45,642 nt of DNA, from NCBI GenBank assembly GCA_963788655.1, contig CAWBHS010000048.1, positions 1 to 45,642 of the forward strand, written 5' to 3'. Below the pieces are notes generated by a model that did no database searches, was not told the origin of the DNA, and saw only the letters and a program-made list of their open reading frames with translations. Below are positions 38,084-45,642 of the stretch, in pieces. The DNA is from an uncultured Verrucomicrobiae bacterium. Lineage in GTDB: Bacteria; Verrucomicrobiota; Verrucomicrobiia; Limisphaerales; JAFGQR01. Numbering within the stretch: the first letter of the stretch is position 1; every line of letters begins with the position of its first letter. The position numbers were made by a program, and so were the translations under genes.

Positions 38084-38502
38084 AATGGAAGTGAATCGGC
38101 TCGGTCGCTTAACAGGCTCTGACCGGCCTGTTTCAACAACTCAACCAATCCATCGGTCATCTGTTCGAGAGAAGACTTACCAGCCTCGCTCGATCCGCGC
38201 GGTCTTCCCCGATAACCCGCATGGTTAACAAGGTGTGTGAAGATGTCTGACGAATATCCTCCTTCCCAATTCCGCTTAATCTGGCCGTCCCGAACCCTCA
38301 CAACCTGTCCGTCAACGCACTGATCGCGCACATCGAGACTGAAGATGAAACCGACATTATTGCCCAAGTAAACCACCGTGCCGCTCGTCGGAGTTGTCTC
38401 CTCCAGGCTCGGCACGCGGTGAAATCCCTTGCCCTCTAGGAAGCTGAATCGGTCCAGAGCCAACGTCCTAAATTGCTCGACTGTGATTTGTGAATTGCTC
38501 AT
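38080..38502 (-). CDS. Putative immunity protein for orphan toxin 1
   Basis: 140-aa ORF starting 14 bp after the toxin stop, with AAGCGGAG upstream. Confidence 0.7.
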   Translation of the reverse strand: MSNSQITVEQFRTLALDRFSFLEGKGFHRVPSLEETTPTSGTVVYLGNNVGFIFSLDVRDQCVDGQVVRVRDGQIKRNWEGGYSSDIFTHLVNHAGYRGRPRGSSEAGKSSLEQMTDGLVELLKQAGQSLLSDRADSLPL

Positions 38503-38516
38503 GGTTTAAGCTCCGC

Positions 38517-38957
38517 TTAAGGGTCAAAGCCCGGCACACCACCCTGATATTTTCCTGTGCGCTCGTAAATGCGCTGGTAGTTGTCGTAGTTGAGAAGCTG
38601 TTGACGTTCGCCCCCATAAACAGCACTGGGAGGACGTCCGAGCGCTGGGTCGATGCGATTCTGCAGTCGTCGGCCAAAGGCAGGGCCGATGTCGATGAAT
38701 TCTCGACCTTGTGCCTTCATCGTCGCAATGAACTGGTCGTTCAGAGGCTGTGACCACTGCCTGCCCGCCAACCAATCGTCAATTGTATGACCGCCGATGC
38801 TCCGAGAATACGCATTAACCCGCGTCATCTGCTCCCCAATGACAACGGGTGCGTTCTTTGCGGCAAGTGTGGAATGCCCGTCGTAGGCAAAGCCCGTCAA
38901 AAAGAGGAGCGTCGTAGCCGCGAACCACACCCACCGGCGGACGAAATTACAAGACAT
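38517..38957 (-). CDS. Orphan toxin 1 with leader; unassigned toxin-tip family
   Basis: Leader MSCNFVRRWVWFAATTLLFLTGFAYDGHSTLAAK, then VIGEQMTRV...FIDIGP...SAVYGGE. Confidence 0.65.
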   Translation of the reverse strand: MSCNFVRRWVWFAATTLLFLTGFAYDGHSTLAAKNAPVVIGEQMTRVNAYSRSIGGHTIDDWLAGRQWSQPLNDQFIATMKAQGREFIDIGPAFGRRLQNRIDPALGRPPSAVYGGERQQLLNYDNYQRIYERTGKYQGGVPGFDP

Positions 38958-39285
38958 GAATGTCATCGAGTTCAATCCTAAAGCCCTTTTCCCCAGCGAT
39001 GAGCGTGATCCCGATTGAAAGATCGGAACGTCCTTCCTCATGCGTCCAGAGCGGCATCGTAACCGACCACTGCCTGGGTTGCGCGTCTCGGACCTCAACA
39101 ATATCCATCAGTCCAAAAGCATCATCAGGTGGTAAGACCAATTTCCGGCCATAGTCACTGATGGCCTTGGCCATTTCGTGAGCGGAAAGGCGCTGCCTCC
39201 CCGTCAGCGTTTCCAGTTCGGCATACTTGCCTGCGACCAAATGCTCAATGACTTGGCGGACGGGCTGTTTTAGTCGTTCGTTCAT
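38947..39285 (-). CDS. Putative cognate immunity protein of the full-length Rhs
   Basis: 112-aa ORF starting 7 bp after the Rhs stop; LWTHEEGRSDLS...DDIHVL. Confidence 0.78.
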   Translation of the reverse strand: MNERLKQPVRQVIEHLVAGKYAELETLTGRQRLSAHEMAKAISDYGRKLVLPPDDAFGLMDIVEVRDAQPRQWSVTMPLWTHEEGRSDLSIGITLIAGEKGFRIELDDIHVL

Positions 39286-39292
39286 AGCAGAC

Positions 39293-42200
39293 TTAACGGT
39301 TGCCAGGAATGCGTGTTGGAGTTGATGGAGTCGCGCCAATGCTCCTGAAGTAGGCATCCGATTCAGCGATGATTTGGCGAGCTTGCGCCTCCGAGTAGCC
39401 GGATTGCCGAAGCGCCTTGTATCCGATTCGCATCTCGGCTGCGAGCGTTCCGCCACCGGCCTGACGCTGAACCTGAGTCGCAATGTAATGCGGAGTTCCC
39501 CCTGCTGTGGATGGTCCGGGAAGCTGAACACCCGGCGCAAGCTGCGTGTTGTAACCAGGCAAATCTCTCACAGCCGCATCTTGCACTACGTGATGGGCAT
39601 CTCTCAGACCGGCAGCCCGCAAATCGCCTACGGTTGACGTCAGTCGCGTCTCTGCGGCCGTCACCCGCTCCACGAGGTTGCGGTTACTGAGGCTGTTCTC
39701 GGGGCATCGGGTTGAAGGAGGTTTAAGGGGAAGCTCGAGCTGTTCAGCCCGGGGTGCCCGCAGTTCCGTCAGGCCAGGCGAACGTAATCCGCGCTGAAGT
39801 GATTTCTCCAGCATTTCAATCCGCTGCCGTCGGCTGAACATCTGCCTCGGCTCGGCAAAGCCCCGGGTTTCAAGCTGAATCTCAATTTGAACTGCCAAGG
39901 GATCGCGGGGTGGCGCGGGCTCAGCGTACTCGGCGACGCCTTGAAGGCCATAGGGATCAATTGCGTTGACCGGATTATTCTTGACCAGTGCATACAGATG
40001 GATGCCTCCGGCTTCGCCGAGTGGGTCTGGCGTCAACCAACGCTGCAAACTCGGATCGTAAAACCGCTGGCCATAACCGTAAACTCCAAGCAAGGAGAAA
40101 TATTCCTTGCTCGAAAAGCGATACGGATTGGCCGCCGCTTGTGGACCAGCGGCCATCAGCAGGTTGCCATACGGATCATAGTGATACCGCGCGACAATTC
40201 GTTGATGCTCGTTGAGCAGCGCCGTGATGTTCCCGCCTCGATCAGCGTGGTAGTAAAAGGTCTCTTGCCCGACCGCAGGTTCGGACACGGTTCGCGCCAA
40301 CAGCCCGCCGATGCCGCCGGCCCCGTCCAGAGTGCCGCTCAGGTCAACGCCGCGGGTGTAACTGACAACGCGCTGGGGCGTATTGGTGGAAATCCGGGGA
40401 TCAAAGTGGCGCTCCTGGAGCACCAATGATCCGTCATACACATACCGAACTTCGTTCGTCGGCTGCCAGTTAGGGCTGCTCCAACTGCATTCGCGCCGCA
40501 CGCGCAGTCGGTTCAGACCGTCATAGACCAATTCGCTGCGCCACTCATTGGACACCGTGACCGCCGTCAACTGATCGGCATCGTCGTATTCGAAAGTGCG
40601 CCGACCATCGCTGGTGAGATTGCCGTTGAGGTCATATTGGAAACCAACCGATTCCGGCAGGTAGGCACTGATTTCGTTGGTGGCGCGGTAACCGTCCTTC
40701 CAGTTCGCCTCGGTATGAAACGTGTTCCAGCCGCTGGTAAGAGTGAGCCCCTCCGCCGCATACGTGCCGTCAGCATAACTGACGGCGTTTGTTCCATTCA
40801 CCTTTACGCTGAGCGGCAGCCGACCGCGCAGGTGGAACCACCAACCGCTTGCGGTATAGGTGTTGGATCGCGTCACTGAACTTAACTGGTCCAGGTTGTT
40901 GTCGGGAACAAACGTCTGGCTAAACCCGTTCCGGACGCGGGTTACGAGGTTCCCCGCCTGGTCGTAGTCGTAGCTGATTTGCTCGTTCAACCGTGACACG
41001 CTGTTGGACTCGTAGCCGGTGGCGGTCTTCAGTTGCCCCAGCGCGTCATAGCCGTAATGAACGCAATTGCTGGCCCAAAAGGTTTGGTTGGTTGCTTCCC
41101 CAAAAAGGTTCACCCCGTAAGCGTGCTGGTTAAGAACCGAATCGTCGGAATTAAGAAGCACTGTGAGATTTAGCCGTGCCATCGAATCGAAGGCATTGGT
41201 GATAACGCCGCCATTGGGAAAGGACAGGCTCTTGCGTAATGGCCACCGGCTTGATTCGTAGGCGTAGCTAAAGGTTCCCGAGGAGGAATTCAGGTCTTTT
41301 AGGCGCCGCGCCGTATCAAAAATGTATTGGTTCGTCCAAGCGGAGCCGACCAATTGCTCCAGGTTTAGATTTGTCCGCACCTGGCTGGCATAGGCGTAGG
41401 TCACCGTGTCGCTGGCCCAGGGACCGTCTTCCGCCAGCAACTGGCCGACTTCGGTGTAGCTCAATTCGGTGGTGCCGACCGCATCAGCCAGACTGGTGAG
41501 ACGATTCACCTGGTCGTATGTCATGGCGATGTCTGCACTGGTCGCGTAGTCAATGTTGGTCAGGTTCCCCACGTCGTCATAATGGTAAGTCGTGAGGCCC
41601 TTGGCGGCGGTCCACCGGCTAATCAGGCGTCCATCGGCATCGTAGCCGTTGGTGAGAATCAGCGCGTTGGCCGCATTGGTCTTGCTGAGAACCTGGCCAT
41701 AAACATCATAGCCCCATTTTCTGACTTGGTTGCGTCCGTCCTGGAGGGCCACCAAGTCGCCCGCCGCGTTGTAGGTAAAGCGCACTTCTTCAAGGTTGGC
41801 GTTGGTTACCACCAACAGGCGGCGTGCTTCGTCATGGTCAAAGAGGGTGACCCGGCTCGATGTGCCCGCAGCTCCGTCCTGGGTGTAATTCGTGAGGCCG
41901 CGCGGCCCGTAGAAATAGTGTTCCACGCCACCGTCCGGCCAAGCCCGGCTCAGAATGCGGTCTAGCGAATCGTAAGCGTTGGTAACCGTTACTCCGGCGG
42001 CATCGGTGATGTTGGTGGGCCGGTCTTTACGGTCATAAATTAGGCCAAATACCTGGCCACCGGCGTTCCACGCGGAAGCGGGCAAACCCAGGTGGGTATA
42101 GTAATTGGTCACGCTGTAGCCGCCATTATCCCGAAGGTTTGTCAGCCATCCCAACCGGTTGTATGTCAGGTTTACAATGCGACCATCGGGATAGGTGATG

Positions 42201-44389
42201 TTCGTTCGGCGGGTTTGCAGATCGTAATCAAAAATTGTCGTTTTGTTCCGGGCATCAGTGACGGATTCCAGCGCGCCACAGTCGCAGTAGCCAAACGACG
42301 TGACGTTGGTGAGTGCGTTGGTTACCGTAAGAAGTTGCCGAACCGGACTGTATTCGAAACGCGTCCAGATACCCAGTCGGTCTTTTACCCCAACGACGTC
42401 CAGCCGATTATAGACACGCTCGATGTAGGATTGATCCGGAAAGGTGACGTTGGTGAGCCGTTGCAGCTTGTCCCAGGCGTAGGTGACGGTCAAATCGCGG
42501 GCATCGGTGGCGGTGTGGACCAAATCATTTGTGTACGTGAACGTGCGCGTGGCTTGGATTTGTTGGTCTTCGATTTCCTTCAAGCGCCCCACACTGGCGC
42601 CTTCCCAAGCTTGGTAGTAGGTCAACCACGTTGTTAGGCCGCTTGGCTTTTCAATACTGCCAAGCTGGTGGGTGTTTTGATCATAATTATACGTCCACAC
42701 CTCGCCTACAGCATTGGTGAACTTGGTCATTTGGTGGTGATCGTTGTAGCCGTAGCCCGCCAGAAATTCGCCACTGGGACCGTAATGGGTGACGAGATCA
42801 ACCAAGTTCGCCGCATAGACGAAATCATTGGTGCGCCGAAGACTGTTGTCGTAGGTTTCCACTAACAGGGTGACATTTCCGAGCGCGTTTCGCTGCTGCC
42901 AGGTAAAGCGTTGCTGCGCGCCCGGCTGCACCCGGATGGTCGCCGCCACCTGGGAATTGATGCCCTCGTAATCGTCCTGGTACTTTCCCGGATAATCGTA
43001 CCAGGTGAACTGACCGGTTTCCGCGCCGTCGGGGCTGGGGGAGCGCTCACAATTCAAGGTTGGACTGACGGTATTGTCCGGGGCGTGGGCCACGCGCAAC
43101 CATTGGCGCATTCGGCCTTTCTCAAAATCGGCGCTGCTAAACTCGGTTGGGGTGTTCGTGGACAAGGCCGCAAATTGCCGCTTATTCCAGTAAAAACTAT
43201 TTCGCCAGCGCATATCGTCGTCAGACAAGGTCCCAAGCGGCGAATACGTGGGCGTCAGCCCGTTGTAGTAGTGCGTCGGCAGGAAGTCGCTACTGTCATC
43301 CATGTACAGGTACAGTTGCGTCGCATTATCGGGCGTGGTGATTTGCAGCGAGCGATTGATGACATTTTGCCCGCCCAGGAAATCGGAGTTGCCGCCGGTC
43401 ACCTGGAAGCTCGTCACTCCATACGGCGTGGTCAGGTTGGTGATCGCACCCGCGTCATCGTAAACGAAACGGCTAAACAGTCCCTCCGGATCCACGATGT
43501 TGGTGAGGTATCCTGAAGCATCGTAATACAGGAAGTTGGTACGTCCGTAAGCGTCTTCGACACTCGTGATTTGCGAACTGAAATTGGTGTCCGCATAGCG
43601 AACATAATTGGTTCGGCCATCGACATCGATTACCCGGACAAGACGCGTGACTAAAACCACACCCTCGGTCTGCGACTCGTATTCAAAGCGGGTGCTGAAA
43701 CCCACCGGGTCAATTCTTTCCGAAAGGAAATACGTTTCCCCGTTACTCGTCAGCACGTGGTATTGATAAAGCTCTTTCCGGCCGTCAGCGTGATCGAGAG
43801 CGAAGCCCACGAGGTCGGGAGTGCTGTTGAAAACCGGCCGCAGCCACGTCTGGGCATACGGGTCGAGTTTGGCGCCGCCCTCAGCCTGCGAGCAGCAGTC
43901 CGCGTTGGTGTACCGTTTCACGCCTCCACCAGCCAGATAAAGGTCGGCCAGGAGGTAATTCACGCAATTGGTCGCCGCCGCTCCCGGAACACACTGGGCC
44001 GCTTGCAGGCCTTCAAAATAAATCCGTGACATCCACGAGCATTCCCACTGCGGCCCGACGTTGAAGACGCTGGGAGTGTTGTCGCGCTTATCACGCTGCG
44101 TGTAACTCAAATAACGCACTGGTGCTCCCTTGCTGGGCTGATAGCTTAGCGGCTCATCTTCCATCCAGAGTGAAATGAACGGCTCGCTGACCCACCACCG
44201 CGCCATACCCTCACAATCCTCCGAGGCTTCCAGCCCGTTATATCCGGCCAGTCCCGGGGCATGTTCATCATCTTCGTCCTTGATTTTGTTATCGCCACCG
44301 GCCCAGCACCAGCTCGCTATGACACCACACGCCAGTAGCAACGTTGCCCATCGCTTAACGATTTCGAAATTGTGAATCAAACCTTTCAT
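39293..44389 (-). CDS. Rhs/YD-repeat polymorphic toxin with signal-peptide-like N-terminus and probable HNH-type nuclease tip
   Basis: Many YD repeats; core RFYDPSLQRWLTPDP...NPVNAIDPYGL; tip DAHHVVQDAA...PHYIATQVQR. Confidence 0.93.
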   Translation of the reverse strand: MKGLIHNFEIVKRWATLLLACGVIASWCWAGGDNKIKDEDDEHAPGLAGYNGLEASEDCEGMARWWVSEPFISLWMEDEPLSYQPSKGAPVRYLSYTQRDKRDNTPSVFNVGPQWECSWMSRIYFEGLQAAQCVPGAAATNCVNYLLADLYLAGGGVKRYTNADCCSQAEGGAKLDPYAQTWLRPVFNSTPDLVGFALDHADGRKELYQYHVLTSNGETYFLSERIDPVGFSTRFEYESQTEGVVLVTRLVRVIDVDGRTNYVRYADTNFSSQITSVEDAYGRTNFLYYDASGYLTNIVDPEGLFSRFVYDDAGAITNLTTPYGVTSFQVTGGNSDFLGGQNVINRSLQITTPDNATQLYLYMDDSSDFLPTHYYNGLTPTYSPLGTLSDDDMRWRNSFYWNKRQFAALSTNTPTEFSSADFEKGRMRQWLRVAHAPDNTVSPTLNCERSPSPDGAETGQFTWYDYPGKYQDDYEGINSQVAATIRVQPGAQQRFTWQQRNALGNVTLLVETYDNSLRRTNDFVYAANLVDLVTHYGPSGEFLAGYGYNDHHQMTKFTNAVGEVWTYNYDQNTHQLGSIEKPSGLTTWLTYYQAWEGASVGRLKEIEDQQIQATRTFTYTNDLVHTATDARDLTVTYAWDKLQRLTNVTFPDQSYIERVYNRLDVVGVKDRLGIWTRFEYSPVRQLLTVTNALTNVTSFGYCDCGALESVTDARNKTTIFDYDLQTRRTNITYPDGRIVNLTYNRLGWLTNLRDNGGYSVTNYYTHLGLPASAWNAGGQVFGLIYDRKDRPTNITDAAGVTVTNAYDSLDRILSRAWPDGGVEHYFYGPRGLTNYTQDGAAGTSSRVTLFDHDEARRLLVVTNANLEEVRFTYNAAGDLVALQDGRNQVRKWGYDVYGQVLSKTNAANALILTNGYDADGRLISRWTAAKGLTTYHYDDVGNLTNIDYATSADIAMTYDQVNRLTSLADAVGTTELSYTEVGQLLAEDGPWASDTVTYAYASQVRTNLNLEQLVGSAWTNQYIFDTARRLKDLNSSSGTFSYAYESSRWPLRKSLSFPNGGVITNAFDSMARLNLTVLLNSDDSVLNQHAYGVNLFGEATNQTFWASNCVHYGYDALGQLKTATGYESNSVSRLNEQISYDYDQAGNLVTRVRNGFSQTFVPDNNLDQLSSVTRSNTYTASGWWFHLRGRLPLSVKVNGTNAVSYADGTYAAEGLTLTSGWNTFHTEANWKDGYRATNEISAYLPESVGFQYDLNGNLTSDGRRTFEYDDADQLTAVTVSNEWRSELVYDGLNRLRVRRECSWSSPNWQPTNEVRYVYDGSLVLQERHFDPRISTNTPQRVVSYTRGVDLSGTLDGAGGIGGLLARTVSEPAVGQETFYYHADRGGNITALLNEHQRIVARYHYDPYGNLLMAAGPQAAANPYRFSSKEYFSLLGVYGYGQRFYDPSLQRWLTPDPLGEAGGIHLYALVKNNPVNAIDPYGLQGVAEYAEPAPPRDPLAVQIEIQLETRGFAEPRQMFSRRQRIEMLEKSLQRGLRSPGLTELRAPRAEQLELPLKPPSTRCPENSLSNRNLVERVTAAETRLTSTVGDLRAAGLRDAHHVVQDAAVRDLPGYNTQLAPGVQLPGPSTAGGTPHYIATQVQRQAGGGTLAAEMRIGYKALRQSGYSEAQARQIIAESDAYFRSIGATPSTPTRIPGNR

Positions 44390-44404
44390 GTTCGCCTCCT
44401 TGTC

Positions 44405-45642
44405 TCAGGGAATAACCGACGCACTGTGCGGTTGCGCAATGCCAATTTCAACTGATGCCTTCCACGGGTCATTTCCGTTCAGATACTCTTCATAATTGTC
44501 GTCCCAATCCCCGTCGGGATTGGCGTCGGCATCATCGATTTGCGGGTCCAGCCCCCAGCGCAGTTCCCAATTGTCTGGCATGCCATCGCCATCCGAATCG
44601 ACGAGGGATGGGGTGTTGGTGCTGGTCATGCTGATGAGCAGCTCGTAGGCATCGGGAATCCGTCCAGTCGCTGTCCAGCATCGTGCCAATCGAAAGAAGC
44701 CCATACTATCCAAAGGCCCTTCGATACCAACTGAGTCTCGCCCGGTTGGCTGCGCGCCAGCCAAACCCAAGTGATTGGGCTGGCCAGGTTCGTCGCGTAA
44801 TACAAATGGTATGCGCCGCTTCCGTCGCTGAAATCGTCAGCAGCAGATTGGTCTGTTGCAGCATTTCAGCGGAGACGATTAAATTCGTAAACCTCCTTCG
44901 CCCATCATCATCACCTCCGAATAAAGCCAGCTCCAAGGATTGTCCCTGCATCATTTCCTGCTGTTCTTTCCACACTTCGAGCATCTCCGAAAGGCCGTCG
45001 TAAAAACTGGTGATTTCCCATTCCTCAATTGGGCCATCGAAGGTCAGCGCCACATCCAAGGTGCGCCGCGTTATATGGTTGAAAAAACAAAACCCGTTGG
45101 AGCGCACCGTAGCACTTGGCCAGTAGGTAACTCCGGTGCCGTTGGTGATGAACTGGTGATTGATGTACCCTTCTGCGTTGGTCACGGTGTCAGTGAGCAC
45201 AATCTGATACCACTCATTGGAGGCGAACTGCGCCGGGGTGCTCAAATAGAGCGCCTCGGACCGTTCGTTTGCGCAGCGAACCAGCAAGGCGTCGTCCTGC
45301 CAATAAAAGGACCACCAACCGATGGAAGAATCCTCCGTCCAGGTGCCGACTTCAATGAACGGCGTGTAGGCGCCAGTCCAAGACATTGTCCGGCCGGAAC
45401 CAGAACATCACCGAACCGCGGTCGCACAATAAATTGGGCCGGCCATTCGTTTGGATTTCCGGGTAACGCAGGACGGCGGGTCCGGCGGCATCGATCTGCA
45501 CAGCGTTGCTTTGCCAACTGGACACGAGCACCAGATTTGACGCGCTCAGCGGCGGCGACCCTGACGCATCGACGATGTTGGTATCATCGAATAACCAGAA
45601 CCCCAGCCAAATCCGCAAGGTCTGGCAGCGGTGGTGGACCAT
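44405..45642 (-). CDS. Partial, frameshifted gene upstream of Rhs: LamG-like region plus Asp-rich DxDGDG repeat
   Basis: Three overlapping ORFs (45352..45642, 44706..45386, 44405..44770); GSVMFWFRP, NEWYQIVLT, DSDGDGMPDNWE...GLDP. Confidence 0.65.

Overview
GC-rich bacterial window. Prepilin H-X9-DG, HzsA-like, HTH-PTS IIA and C25 proteins suggest a Verrucomicrobiota/PVC organism (inference). It has four parts. (1) 1-2653: the end of an integron-type cassette array with two cassettes. The first attC is interrupted by a complete IS110 element (101-1807) whose left non-coding end contains a bridge-RNA-like loop with guides matching the attC target. (2) 3.5-25 kb: housekeeping and accessory genes (aldo/keto reductase, pgsA, pgpA, ABC transporter, tRNA-Pro, asd, PTS IIA fusion, ADH, sugar isomerase, C25 peptidase, Gfo/Idh/MocA, HzsA-like), interspersed with a ~190-bp MITE family that has TNA target duplications and different REP-like cargo. 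(3) 25.3-35.1 kb: a minus-strand chemosensory cluster (CZB-MCP, cheW, heme-c MCP with a Cys-rich tail, heme-c/6xPAS hybrid kinase, response regulator). (4) 35.3-45.6 kb: an Rhs polymorphic toxin locus. Its three orphan toxin/immunity modules lack Rhs core remnants, carry their own signal-peptide-like leaders, and share an in-frame 10-bp junction (GCCGCARARA) with the full-length Rhs. One immunity gene resembles EF-Tu domain III. About eight single-base frameshifts suggest assembly indel errors. All family calls are from motif recognition; no searches were run.
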